In this document: in pieces, positions 20,310-30,964 of the stretch
How the letters are laid out: each line of letters starts with the position of its first letter
Numbering within the stretch: the first letter of the stretch is position 1
Source: an uncultured Gemmatimonadales bacterium
GTDB taxonomy: Bacteria > Gemmatimonadota > Gemmatimonadetes > Gemmatimonadales > GWC2-71-9
Reading direction: 5' to 3'
Assembly: GCA_963821525.1 (NCBI GenBank)
Contig: CAWGED010000004.1
Location: 352,001-416,000 of the forward strand
DNA length: 64,000 nucleotides
Program-made: the position numbers and the translations under genes
Notes under the pieces: generated by a model
What the model was told of the DNA's origin: nothing
Database searches by the model: none
Seen by the model: the letters and a program-made list of their open reading frames with translations, nothing else

Positions 20310-21052
20310 GGGGTCTGGGATGCCTGGCGGCGGAACTCTTCGAGTGCCGCCTTGTGCTCCTGGTATTCGGGGCGATTCTGGGCGATTTCCCCGTCGTAGT
20401 GACTCAGAAACGCCCGGTGGGCCTTCGTGATCCCTGCCTTGTCTCCCTTGGCCTCGGCGACGGCGGCGCGGATCATCGATCCGAAGAGGTGATCCTTTAC
20501 CTCGGCAGTAATCGAGTCGGCGAGTGCTGCGGCCTGGGGGAGATCACCGGCGGCCACGTGCAGGATCGCGGCGTGATAGCGGAGATCGATGTCACTGCGA
20601 TCCAGTTGCCCGTAGGCGGCGAGCGCCATCGGGAGGAACCGAGTGGCAGTGGCAGAGTCGCCCTGCTCGATCGCGTTCATCACCCGGTCGTTGAGCCGGA
20701 TGAACCGCTCATCGGGACTCATCTGGCTGATATCGGGCGGTCTGGGGCCAGCGGGGCCGCTCGCCGCGGCGCCAGTGTTGGCCATATCCGGCCGCGCCGC
20801 CTCGGGATGCTTGACCAGAACCCCGTAGAGGATCGCGCCTATCGACAGGGCGATGATCGACGCAGCCACGATCCAGGGCGTTGACGAGCCCGGCCGCGCC
20901 CCACCGGCGACCGCATGGCCGCAGCGATGACAGAACTTGGCCCCGGGGGAGAGTGTTGCCTGGCATTTCACGCACTGGCGGGGGCCCATAGCGGTCCCGC
21001 ATTCGGCGCAGAAGTTTCCGGTGACATTGGCACCGCAGGCGGGGCAGGTCAT
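20306..21052 (-). CDS. double zinc-ribbon membrane protein
   Basis: CPACG..FCAECG..CVKC..FCHRCG, one TM, helical C-terminal domain. Confidence 0.8.
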   Translation of the reverse strand: MTCPACGANVTGNFCAECGTAMGPRQCVKCQATLSPGAKFCHRCGHAVAGGARPGSSTPWIVAASIIALSIGAILYGVLVKHPEAARPDMANTGAAASGPAGPRPPDISQMSPDERFIRLNDRVMNAIEQGDSATATRFLPMALAAYGQLDRSDIDLRYHAAILHVAAGDLPQAAALADSITAEVKDHLFGSMIRAAVAEAKGDKAGITKAHRAFLSHYDGEIAQNRPEYQEHKAALEEFRRQASQTP

Positions 21053-21068
21053 GAGTGGTCGGGAATGT

Positions 21069-21213
21069 AGGGCGGACAGGCGGGAAGGCGGTAGGGCGGT
21101 CAAGACGGAACAGGTCGGACAAGGCGGACAGGGGGTCCGGGCGGACGAATAGGATGAGCGATTTTCTTGTCCGACCTGTCCGTCCCGACCGACCTGTTCG
21201 CCCTGACCGCCCC
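21069..21213. repeat. inverted tandem 8-9-mer array (GGCGGACAG-type ... CTGTCCGTCC-type)
   Basis: Read directly; lies between divergent genes. Confidence 0.75.
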
Positions 21214-21245
21214 AAGGCTAGCGGCCCGGACCCGGCCGCATTACC

Positions 21246-21548
21246 GTGAACACAACCACGGAGGGAGTGACGATGGGCATTCCTCAGCACCCCCAACCGG
21301 CAGTTCTCCCCGAAGCCCCAGCCGCGCGGCATCTGGGTGACTTGGCGCGCAGCCAGGTCCGCTGGAGCGTGTATCTGGAGACTCGGAACGAGGGCAGACT
21401 GGCCGAAGGCCGGCTGCACTTCGTCGAAGGCTCCCGCCATCGCAGTACGGGCTGGATTTTCCGGCAATGGACCGAGCGCGACATCGTCGACCGGTTCAAC
21501 GAGTTCAGCCCGATCGAGTTGTGGAAGATTCTCGACAGCCTCAGCTAA
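21246..21548 (+). CDS. small hypothetical protein
   Basis: 100-aa ORF with GGAG before internal ATG. Confidence 0.6.
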   Translation: MNTTTEGVTMGIPQHPQPAVLPEAPAARHLGDLARSQVRWSVYLETRNEGRLAEGRLHFVEGSRHRSTGWIFRQWTERDIVDRFNEFSPIELWKILDSLS

Positions 21549-21561
21549 GTGACGAGTAGAA

Positions 21562-21664
21562 AGGACTGAGGACTGAGGACTGAGTGGAGCCGTCGGCCAT
21601 CAGCCCTTGGTTCTTAGCTCGGTACTCGGTACTCGTACCTCTCAGTCCCCAGTCCTCAGTCCTC
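21562..21664. repeat. inverted tandem 7-mer array (GGACTGA x3 ... TCAGTCC x3) with internal CTCGGTA repeats
   Basis: Read directly. Confidence 0.85.
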
Positions 21665-21681
21665 CTTACTTTTCTCTCCCT

Positions 21682-23055
21682 ATGCCCCCATCCCGTCCGC
21701 CAGCGTCCGACTTCCCCCGCCACTTCGACCGGGTCTCCAAGACCGAGGTACTGAAGCTGGCCACTGAGTTCCAGGTGGATTTTCTCCGGCTCCAGTTCAC
21801 CGACATCCTGGGGATCAATAAGAACGTCGAGGTGCCGAAGAGCCAGTTCGAGAAGGCGCTGGACGGCGAGATCATGTTCGATGGCTCGTCCATCGAGGGG
21901 TTCGTGCGGATCGAGGAGAGCGATATGCTCCTCGTCCCCGACCTGCCGACATTCCGGCTGTTGCCCTCGGATGACGAAGGCGGGCGGGTAGGGCGCCTCA
22001 TCTGCGACATCTACACCCCGGATCATGAGGCCTTCGCGGGATGTCCCCGGCTGACGCTCAAGCGTACGATCGGCAAGGCCGAGGATCTGGGCTACACTCT
22101 GATGGCGGGCTGCGAGGTGGAGTTCTTTCTCTTCGAGAAGGATGCCTCCGACAATCCGACCACGACGACCCACGACGACGCCTCGTACTTCGATCTGACG
22201 CCGGTGGACCGGGGCGAGGAAATCCGGCGAATGATCGTGAACGATCTCGAATTAATGGGCTTCGAGGTCGAGGCCGCCCATCACGAAGTGGCGCCGGGCC
22301 AGCATGAGGTGGACTTCAAGTACGCCGACGCGCTCACCACGGCGGACAACATTGCCACCTTCCGCTTCGTGGTGCGGAACGTGGCGAACCGGCACGGCTT
22401 CGTCGCTTCCTTCATGCCCAAGCCGATCATGGGCCAGAACGGGAGCGGGATGCACACCCACCAGTCCCTGTTCCGCGGCAAGGACAACGCCTTCTTCGAC
22501 CCGAAGACCGACCACCAGCTCTCAGCGGTAGCGCTGAGCTACGTCGAGGGACTGCTGCAGCACGCCAGGGGATTCTGCGCTATCACCAATCCCCTGATCA
22601 ACAGCTACAAGCGCCTGGTGCCGGGCTACGAGGCGCCGGTCAACGTCGCCTGGTCCATGCGGAACCGTTCTCCGCTGGTCCGGATCCCGGAGCGCCGCGG
22701 GGTGGGCACCCGGTGTGAGCTGCGGATGCCGGACCCTTCCGCCAATCCTTATTTGTCTCTCTCGGTGCAGTTCGCGGCCGGGCTCGATGGCGTGGTGCAG
22801 AAGCTCGAATGCCGGGAGCCGGTCAACCGCAACATCTTCCGGATGAGCTATCGCGACCGCCGGAAGTACCAGATCGACGATCTGCCCCGGGACCTGCACG
22901 AGGCGCTGGATCGGTTCGAGAAGGACGATGTGATCAAGTCGGCCCTGGGCGAGCACCTGACCGAACGCTTCCTCGAAGCAAAGCGCGAGGAGGTCCTGCG
23001 GTACAACACCCAGGTGACGCGGTGGGAGGTGGAGAATTATTTGGGGCGGTACTGA
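21682..23055 (+). CDS. glnA: glutamine synthetase type I
   Basis: FDGSSIEGF, HHEVAPGQHE, FMPKP..NGSGMHTHQS, NSYKRLVPGYEAP, ELRMPDP. Confidence 0.95.
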   Translation: MPPSRPPASDFPRHFDRVSKTEVLKLATEFQVDFLRLQFTDILGINKNVEVPKSQFEKALDGEIMFDGSSIEGFVRIEESDMLLVPDLPTFRLLPSDDEGGRVGRLICDIYTPDHEAFAGCPRLTLKRTIGKAEDLGYTLMAGCEVEFFLFEKDASDNPTTTTHDDASYFDLTPVDRGEEIRRMIVNDLELMGFEVEAAHHEVAPGQHEVDFKYADALTTADNIATFRFVVRNVANRHGFVASFMPKPIMGQNGSGMHTHQSLFRGKDNAFFDPKTDHQLSAVALSYVEGLLQHARGFCAITNPLINSYKRLVPGYEAPVNVAWSMRNRSPLVRIPERRGVGTRCELRMPDPSANPYLSLSVQFAAGLDGVVQKLECREPVNRNIFRMSYRDRRKYQIDDLPRDLHEALDRFEKDDVIKSALGEHLTERFLEAKREEVLRYNTQVTRWEVENYLGRY

Positions 23056-23070
23056 GAGGCATGAGGGGAA

Positions 23071-23210
23071 AGGACTGAGGACTGAGCGAGTTGGATGGAA
23101 GATTGAAGATTTCAGATTGAAGATTTAACCGCTCGGGTCGCCGGCACGTGCTGTTCAATTTTCAATCTGCAATCTGAAATCTTCAATCCTCCTTCAGTCC
23201 TCAGTCCTTC
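23071..23210. repeat. nested inverted arrays: outer GGACTGA/TCAGTCC, inner AGATTGA-AGATTTC/AATCTGC-AATCTTC
   Basis: Read directly. Confidence 0.85.
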
Positions 23211-23220
23211 TTACTCATCA

Positions 23221-26200
23221 CTACTGCTTAGCCAGCATCTTCAAAATCGGCTCCGCCCACGCAAACAGGAATTTCCGCAGTTCGGGGAACTCGGAGCTCA
23301 GCAGGGTAAGCAGCGGCAGGGCCCCGAAAGTCAGCAGGTTCATCACGAATCTCAGATTCCAGGTCACCTTCCCCGGCTCGGTACGGTCGATCCGGCTCAA
23401 TACTTCGTCGCGGTTCATCTGGATCAGGACGAAGATGAGGCTTCCGACAGTCCCCCCGAGAACCACGAGGAGGATCAGCCGCAGCAGGCTCTGCGGAGGG
23501 TAGGGGTAGCTGGAGAGCAGCAGCGTGGCCAACAGGAGCGAGAGCAGCATGAACAGCGCAAGCTCTCGGAGGTGACGGGTAACCCATTCGACGTACTCCA
23601 CCATCCGGGTTCCAGCGTACTCCTCCGCGGCGCGCACCCATAGCCGGACCGGACCAGCGAATCCTCGCCGAATCAACAAGGCAGTGGAGGCTTCTTCACC
23701 TCCGCGAGGTACTGGCTTCTCGAATTCCTTGTTCAGCCCCTCTATCAACGCATTGACGTCGGCCTTCATCGGCTCGAGACGCCACAGCTCGCGCAGGACG
23801 TCGTGCAGGGTGCCCAGGCGCTCGACCAGGGCCCGGCGGCCCCTCGAGGTTAGTGCGAGCTCCTGCGCGGCAGGCTCCTTCATCAAATCGGCGACGACTT
23901 CCGTCAGCTCGGCACGTTCCGGCCCCAGCTCCGTGGCAAATTCTTCTTTCTTGGCCTGATGGATTCCCTGCAAGTGGAGCCATTGCAGATCGGCCACGGC
24001 GCCGATCGCGGTTCCCGACGCGGGGCCGGGCAGCGAGAGCTGGGTCAGGCGTGCCAGGCGCGGGGGCAGGCGATCGAATGCGGTAACGATCGGCATCCGG
24101 GCGAATCCTTCCAGGCACTTTCTCAGACCCAGCCACACAACTGCCAGGCGGAATGCGCCCCATGACGTGGCGATCAGCATGGCGAAGACCGTTAGCCGGA
24201 AGAGCTTGTCGAACATGGGTACCCCGTCCGGCGAGTCGCTCATGAGCGCTTCCAACGACCGCCCGAACTGAGGCCCGACCCAGAAACTGAGGCAGAGGAA
24301 GGCGACAATGAGCCCCACAGCCCAGTTGCTGGGAGCCACCCGAAACAGTCGAAGCCGGATGGTTCGGATATCCACGGCGGAGCGGCGCAAGTCATCTCGG
24401 AGGGCGGTGCGGAACGTCGTGCGAGGTTTCCGTGGGGAGCTCAACTCGGTCTCACAGACGCTCTCGAAGATGGTCCGCTGCTGCAGCAGTGCGATTCGCC
24501 GGAGGTGCCAGGTACACCAGACTGCGAGGCCGAGACCCCCCAGCACCAGCGGGAGCACCGGGGAAACCATGCTGTCGATCTCAACGGCACGGCGAAAGAA
24601 CAGCCACCATCGCCCCGGGTCGGGCTTCGACAGATTAATGACGTCGGTGACGAAACCGATCGAGAGGCTCAGATAGACCACCCCGAACACCGCCGTGGCG
24701 ATTCGCGCCAGCACATCAACTCGCCAGGCCCATGGTTCACTCGGAATCCGCCAGGGGCCGCTCCAGAAATACTTGAGCCCCTGCCGGCCTAGCTGTACCG
24801 CGAGGGTCAGCACCGAGACGATCCCGCTCAGGAGCGCCGTCACACCAGCCACACCGGCAATCGTGATCAGCGCTCCCAAGACCTTGAGGGAGACATCGCT
24901 GTTGGTTCGGAACACGAGCCGGAGCACCGGGGCACAGGTTGCGAGCAGTATGCAGAAGAACGCAACGACCCTGAGCAGCCCGTAAAACCGGTCATGCAAA
25001 CGCAGAGAACCTTCGGCCAGCTGGTCCGCGATTGGCCGAAGGTCATACTCCCAACTGGTTCCCGTTCGGGCGTGCGATCGGCGCTGGAGATCGAGCCTGA
25101 TGTTCCCGAGGCCCAGAACGAACAGAGCGAAACCGGCGAGCATTATCGCCGCCAATGGCAAGAACGGGAGATTGAGGGACGGATACTTCTTCGGAACTGC
25201 GGGACACTGGGCTGGAACCTTGCAGGGGGCGGCAAGGTAGCTGGTATCCGAAACCGTGTCGATCCGAATGGGAAGGAAGGTCTTGTTGCCAACCGTGGAA
25301 AGCCACACTGGCGGCCTCAACCGGGTTTGCAACAAGGAATCTCGAGGCACGCTGTCCCCCGGCTGCGGATCCTTGTCCTCCGGGTATTTCCGGGTTGGCC
25401 GGTAATCGAGGACCGCCTTCTCGTAGCCGAGCTGCATGAGGGTGGCGTTGTAGGTCCCTTGCACTCCATCGCTGCTGAAGGCGAAGCGCTGCTTTTGATC
25501 TGCGTCAGCCGTGAACCACTGGTTGTCGAGAATGAGTGGATAGGTCGCGAACACCAGCATGCCACGAAGGGCGAGGTTCTTGTCCGAGCGCAAATACAGC
25601 ACGTTGCTCTCATAGGTAAAGAACTGCACATCGGGCATCCGCTTCCGCAGCTCCTCCCCCAGGAACAGCTTGTCCCGCACGTCGGTCGCCAGCAGGCCTA
25701 CCATTCGGATCCGGTGGCGATTGAGCGTTCGCGCCAGGTCGTCGAGCATCAGATCCAGGGCCAGGGGCGAGAGTCGCGAGGTGACCGGAAAGTCCTCCTT
25801 GGGCCGGGTTGGATCGACCAGGTCAAGCGGGAGTCGCGGCGCGTCGCCGGCGCCGGGCAGGGCCGGCGCCTCGATCTCCGCCGAGGGAACCCGCTGGTAT
25901 TCGGTGCGCAGGCTCGAAATGCTCATCGGAAAAGGGACGATGAGGAAGTCGCTGCTATCGGCGATCAGTCCCTGCCCGTACTGGGTCGAGGATTCCCGCA
26001 GCAGCGCGACCTGGGAATCACTGAGTCCCAGCCGCTTCATCGTGACCTTCATCGACGCACTCAACTGGTCGTCGGCGTTGATCGTGGCCTTGAAGTGCAT
26101 GCGTAGTGCCGGGAGGTCCAGCGTCGTGATGTTCTCCCGGTCGGTCGCCGTCCCGCTCAACATCTCAACGGAGTCCTCGGGGTGTCGGGCGAGCCAGCTC

Positions 26201-26850
26201 TTCAACCCCAACTGCAGGGAAAGCGCGGAGCCGGAGAAATTCGGGCCGATGATGCGGATCGGCGCGGTGCGTTCGGCACGGAGCGGCAGTTTTCCGGGGC
26301 CTAGCAGCAAGCGGCGCTCTTCCAGCGCGGCACTCAGCGCTTCCTTGTAGATCCCGCGGGTGGGCAGTTCCTGAATCACGTAGAGCAAGTGCAGCCGGTG
26401 GTCACCCGGTTTGCTGCTCCGGAACAGCACGACCCCGGGCCTGACCTCGCGCAGAGCGACTCGCCCGTGACCGGCTCGCCGCACGCTGTCGCGTTGGCCC
26501 GGGAGCCAGAAGCGGTCGGTCACATAGCCGGCGGTCTCGAAGGCGCGGCGGATGGTTTCCATCGCCCCGTCGAAGGACCAGTCGAGATGGGAGTCGTAGG
26601 GATCCGGGACGCAGGCGATCAGAACGTCGAGCGAGAAGCTGTCGCTGACGGCGGGGACTGCACCGAAGAAGCCGGCGAGCAGATCCTCCCCGCGTTCGAA
26701 GGGCGCGTCGGCCGGTCCGGTTTCTTTCGAGATCTGAGCAACGCTGGCGGAATCGGCCGATCCGGGGCGGGGCGCGCTGGGGCGGGTGATCGACACCACC
26801 GCGACCGCGGCGGCCGCAACGAAGCCGAGACCCAGCGCGCGGTTGTCCAT
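23221..26850 (-). CDS. 1209-aa hypothetical membrane protein (extracytoplasmic domain plus many TM helices)
   Basis: Intact long ORF; N-terminal signal/anchor, ~550-aa soluble region, then roughly ten or more hydrophobic segments. Confidence 0.85.
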   Translation of the reverse strand: MDNRALGLGFVAAAAVAVVSITRPSAPRPGSADSASVAQISKETGPADAPFERGEDLLAGFFGAVPAVSDSFSLDVLIACVPDPYDSHLDWSFDGAMETIRRAFETAGYVTDRFWLPGQRDSVRRAGHGRVALREVRPGVVLFRSSKPGDHRLHLLYVIQELPTRGIYKEALSAALEERRLLLGPGKLPLRAERTAPIRIIGPNFSGSALSLQLGLKSWLARHPEDSVEMLSGTATDRENITTLDLPALRMHFKATINADDQLSASMKVTMKRLGLSDSQVALLRESSTQYGQGLIADSSDFLIVPFPMSISSLRTEYQRVPSAEIEAPALPGAGDAPRLPLDLVDPTRPKEDFPVTSRLSPLALDLMLDDLARTLNRHRIRMVGLLATDVRDKLFLGEELRKRMPDVQFFTYESNVLYLRSDKNLALRGMLVFATYPLILDNQWFTADADQKQRFAFSSDGVQGTYNATLMQLGYEKAVLDYRPTRKYPEDKDPQPGDSVPRDSLLQTRLRPPVWLSTVGNKTFLPIRIDTVSDTSYLAAPCKVPAQCPAVPKKYPSLNLPFLPLAAIMLAGFALFVLGLGNIRLDLQRRSHARTGTSWEYDLRPIADQLAEGSLRLHDRFYGLLRVVAFFCILLATCAPVLRLVFRTNSDVSLKVLGALITIAGVAGVTALLSGIVSVLTLAVQLGRQGLKYFWSGPWRIPSEPWAWRVDVLARIATAVFGVVYLSLSIGFVTDVINLSKPDPGRWWLFFRRAVEIDSMVSPVLPLVLGGLGLAVWCTWHLRRIALLQQRTIFESVCETELSSPRKPRTTFRTALRDDLRRSAVDIRTIRLRLFRVAPSNWAVGLIVAFLCLSFWVGPQFGRSLEALMSDSPDGVPMFDKLFRLTVFAMLIATSWGAFRLAVVWLGLRKCLEGFARMPIVTAFDRLPPRLARLTQLSLPGPASGTAIGAVADLQWLHLQGIHQAKKEEFATELGPERAELTEVVADLMKEPAAQELALTSRGRRALVERLGTLHDVLRELWRLEPMKADVNALIEGLNKEFEKPVPRGGEEASTALLIRRGFAGPVRLWVRAAEEYAGTRMVEYVEWVTRHLRELALFMLLSLLLATLLLSSYPYPPQSLLRLILLVVLGGTVGSLIFVLIQMNRDEVLSRIDRTEPGKVTWNLRFVMNLLTFGALPLLTLLSSEFPELRKFLFAWAEPILKMLAKQ

Positions 26851-26898
26851 CGCTCTTAATGCCCCGGGACGAATGTCGAGGTCATGGTCGGCTTTGCA

Positions 26899-28435
26899 TC
26901 AGAGGCCGGTGAAGGCATGGGCCAGCGCATACAGCTTGTCCAAGTCGAGACTGAACCCGAAATTCCCGCGCACTTCATCCTCATCAATCAGGTCGGTTCG
27001 ACTGGCGTAGGTAACCGAGAGCGGCAACGTCACACCGCGTCGTCACCGGAATCGAGACCTTCACCTGCGCGATGTGGATCGCATCATTCGCTTCCTCGAG
27101 GCGACTCAGCTGGTAGGCCGCCGAGATCAGTATCGGCTCCACCACATCCAGCTTCTTCGAGCGGCCAAAGGGGTTCTTCACCGATCCAGCCAGCTCGACC
27201 GTTCCCCCGTAGTCGCGCACCGACTCCTGATTAAAAGCCGGATCCGGATGGTCGTACCAGGAGATGAACCCGTTGACCACGGCGTCGAAGGGAGCGAGGT
27301 GGGCATCGAAGAGCAGCTTGGCGTCGGATACACCAACCCCTGGACCTTGGTGTGATGGGTAAACGCGACGGTGAGCAACGGCGACCGGTTGAGCTCTCGT
27401 GAATGCCGCCCAGATCCTGCTGCGCGCTGAACAGGTCCTGGTGAGCCTTGACCAGTCCACTCATCGCCACGGTGATCCCGCGGAAGGTCTCTTCGCTCAG
27501 CGCGATCCGACTCTCCGAGATCGGGTCGAAGACCGTCGACTTGAGGGCTGAAAGGGTCATGGTAGTGATGGTCTCGATCCGTTGCTCGCGAGGGACGCCA
27601 TCACTGCTTTCGAGATATCCCGCGATCTGCCCTTTCAGCGTTTCCGAGGAAGCATCCGCGGCATCTCGCAGCTCCGGTGAGCCATTGAGCGCCTTGCTGA
27701 TGCCTCCACTCAGCGCATTGAGTCGCGCCTGGATCTTGGGCTGCACGACCTCGCTCCAGCGCTGGGTGAATTTCTTGGTCCGAGTGCTGCGGTCGCCGAT
27801 GACCCGCACCCGGATCGACCATTCAGCCACCTGATTGATGTCGACATTCGCGATCGTGGGGTCTTCGGACCGCATGTCGAAGGTCACCGACCCGCCGATC
27901 CGTCTCCACAGCCCGTACTGCTCGAAATTCGCGGCATTGTCCGGCTCGAGCAGACGTACAAAGGCGTAGGGAGAGGTCGAGAGGGTCAGCCCCGTCCCGC
28001 TCACCGACTGCTCGATCGCCCCGTGCTCCAGCGCAAGGGCGAGGAGTTCGGAGAATCCGGGCTTCTCGGCGAGAGAGGTGCTACCGGGCCCGCTGCTCGT
28101 GGCGCCGAGCTGCTTGTCCGTGCGGCCCAACTCCGCGAGGTAGCGGTAGGCCTGAAGTCCGCGAACCTCATGCGGGTCGTCGCCGGGGAGGGCGTCCGCT
28201 ACGGTGTAGAACACCAGGCGGTTCCATACCTGATCCGGGGCCAGCTCGGCCGCTTCACCGGCCTGAGTCCCTCCCTCGAATTCCGAAAGAATGTCGGCCG
28301 CTCTCCCCGCGAGGCCGCGTCCCGCAGCACCTCGGGTGGGTTTTCGTATTCCTGGGCCCGCAGCGCACCACAAGGAAGGCCGAGCCACGCCACGGGAAGG
28401 AGCGGCGTCCGGCATGACAGCCTTGGGATCACCAT
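26899..28435 (-). CDS. hypothetical exported protein with beta-strand-rich C-terminus; several frameshifts
   Basis: GAGGAG RBS, signal ...ALRA-QE; pieces in ORFs 27231-28508 and 26984-27460; ends ...LSVTYASRTDLIDEDEVRGNFGFSLDLDKL. Confidence 0.65.
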
Positions 28436-28446
28436 GACGGAACTCC

Positions 28447-28790
28447 TCAGCTGACGGTGAAGCGGAACTCGGGATCCCAGATCTGATTCGTCTTTCGGAC
28501 CACGACATCCTTGAACACGCCGCCCTTGGAACCCCGCAGCTCGACGTCGAAGTGCGCGGTGTTGGGATCTTCGTCGAGGAAGCTGCATTCGAGGATGACG
28601 AAGTGGCTGTTGCCGGGGACCTGATTCACTTCGAACTCGAAGGTGGGCGTATCGGGCCCGTCGCCGGGTTCTCGAGTGCCTCACCGTTGTCTGCCGCCGT
28701 CACTCGAGCTCCGGTCTCGATCGGCGTGACCTTGATCGTTACCGTCTCGCCTTCACTGACGTCATAGCGGAACTTGGTCCTGCGTTTCAT
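28447..28790 (-). CDS. small hypothetical protein; one frameshift
   Basis: MKRRTKFRYDV... joined to ...WDPEFRFTVS; RBS present, operonic spacing. Confidence 0.55.
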
Positions 28791-28803
28791 GGCGCTCTCC
28801 CCG

Positions 28804-29497
28804 TTAGACCAGCCGTTCCCACACCGCCTCGATACCGTCGGCGGACAACGCGCGGCATTCGGCCAGGCTCAGTCCTCCGGTGTACTGGAAGTGCGGGATG
28901 TCCTTGAAGCCCTTCCAATCGCCGCCCCATTCCAGCCCCACTGATCGCCCCGCCTCTGCGGCCCGCTTCCAGCCGGGATGAGAGGTGTTCCAATCGGTCT
29001 TGCCCATGGAGTCCAGCACGATGATGTCGAAGGCGAGGCCGAAATTGTGGTAGCTCTGGCCTCCTCTCGCCTTGGTCACGATGTGCGAAGCGCCGATGGG
29101 CGGGACCGTTCTGCCCCTGGTGAAGAGCGCATCCTGCTCCTCCCAGGTGCGGACACCCTGGGTCACCCAGAATGGCGAGGCCCGCCAGGCTGCAGAGGTC
29201 GAGCATAGCCCGGGCACGACTGGCCACCACGGGATGCAGTCCGCTCAGCCGTTGATCACTCAGTGCCGCGGGACGAGTGGACGTCCTTGCCGGGGAATCG
29301 CGTGGAATGGCGCGGGGAGTAAGGCCGGTCTCGGCGACCAGCAGGTCCGGGACGATCAACGCCTGGCCGATCGTGAGCCGGTCGGGATCGGGGATGTTGT
29401 TTGCCGCCACGATCAGCGGGAATCGCGCCGAGTCGCCGTAGAATTGCCTCGCAATTTTGCCGAGAGTGTCGCCCTTCTTCACGCGATAGGTGTTCAT
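28804..29497 (-). CDS. LysM-domain M15 (L-Ala-D-Glu/VanY-like) peptidoglycan peptidase; frameshift near 29170
   Basis: YRVKKGDTLGKIA..IPDPDRLTIGQALIVP; RTWEEQDALF..GR, SYHNFGLAFD, EWGGDW..FKDIPHFQ. Confidence 0.88.
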
Positions 29498-29529
29498 AGG
29501 TCCGGATCGAGTGGTGGACGCGAAGCCGG

Positions 29530-30413
29530 CTACGAGTCCCTGATCACGGCACTGGCCGCCTGCTGGGCCTGCGCCTGCATCCGGTTCTTGAGTCCGAAGA
29601 GCGTCTCCAGCAGGTCGTGCCAGAAAGGAGCGCCGAGGCTCACCAGCAGCACCGACGCGACGATTCCGATCCACCACCGGTAGTCCCGCAAGCGCCAGTT
29701 CGCTGGAGAGCCAAGGAAGGCGCCGGACCCGATCGTGGAGCGGGCCACGTTCAGCACCGCGAGGTTCAAGCTGTCGCTGCGATGTCCGAGAGCCTGTTCA
29801 GGGAATCGCTACCGGCGCACCTTGAAGGAGTCCGCGACCGCTTGCGCCTGCTTCCTCGAGACCTTGAGTGACGCTGGTAGCCGAATCCACCCGCGCCCGG
29901 AACTCGGGGTCCATCCTCGCCTGCTGGAGGATGGTCAAGGCATCGGCATTGAGGCCCAGCACCACGATGGCGCTGGTCAGGACTCCCCATCCCCGCATGC
30001 GGCGGCGGTAGCGCTCTTCCACCGGCGCCATCGAGAGATCGAACCATTCGATGGCGCGGTCCGAGAGCTGCTTCAACTTGGAAGCGACAGTGGGATCGTT
30101 GGTCGCGGTCTGAATGAGTGACCGGAGCTTCTCGGGGGTTATCCAGTCGAGCCGGACCTTGTCCTTCCGCACCCCATCCTGCGCCAGGCCGCGGAGCCGC
30201 TCGACGATCTGCTCGAAGATCTTGTCGGTCTCCGCCTTGGAGAGACCCGTCGCCTTCCCGGATTCGCGGATACAGGCCCGCGATGGCATCTATCCGCGCC
30301 TTGCCCTTCAGGGCGAACATCACCTTCAGGATTTCCTGCAGGCTCTGCGCGGCGAGCGCCAGCACCAGCGCGGTGCCCACCAGGGAGAGCAGGACTTGCA
30401 ACAGACTCGACAT
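29530..30413 (-). CDS. hypothetical membrane protein with C-terminal LGAPFWHDLL motif; frameshifted
   Basis: Pieces in ORFs 29766-30413, 29798-30289 and 29530-29769; three TM segments. Confidence 0.7.
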
Positions 30414-30436
30414 GCGACCTCCGCTCTGCTGAACCG

Positions 30437-30940
30437 CTATTCAACCACGAGTCCGGGAACAAACCGGCTGAGCAGCTTCAGTCCGATGGACATGACGAAG
30501 GGGAGACAGCCGTCCACCAGCGACCAGCCGAGGATGTAGCCGAGGTTTCCGGGGATGATGTGGAGGAAGTTGGGACCGTCCCAGGTCCCGAACAGGAGCT
30601 GCTCGATGTATTTCACGACCAGGCTGAGCGTGGTGAACGTGATGAACACCACGAGAGGAGAACGGCCCCGGGTCGCGAAGTAGAGCCAGGGGAACCCCAG
30701 GCCAATCCAGAAGAAGCTGTGGAGGAAGTTGTTGATCCACGGCAGGAAGGTCATCGCGCCGATCTTGAACAGCAGGAAATTCGTGATGAACGCGATGCTG
30801 AATCCCGCACCGCAGAGCAGCAGGAAGGTCTTGCGCTCGTCCTTGGTCAGCGTGCGGCCGCTGATGCTGATCACGACAAACAGCGCGGCGTAGAAGAGCA
30901 GGATCAGGGCGATGCGACCGGGTGTGAATGGAGGCGTCAT
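30437..30940 (-). CDS. hypothetical integral membrane protein (about 5 TM)
   Basis: 167-aa hydrophobic ORF. Confidence 0.8.
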   Translation of the reverse strand: MTPPFTPGRIALILLFYAALFVVISISGRTLTKDERKTFLLLCGAGFSIAFITNFLLFKIGAMTFLPWINNFLHSFFWIGLGFPWLYFATRGRSPLVVFITFTTLSLVVKYIEQLLFGTWDGPNFLHIIPGNLGYILGWSLVDGCLPFVMSIGLKLLSRFVPGLVVE

Positions 30941-30964
30941 GTCGGCTTCCTCTCGCTTGGGCGG

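Noticed and set aside
28804..29497. Prophage, suggested by the endolysin-like peptidase
   Set aside because: No capsid, terminase, tail or integrase genes are nearby
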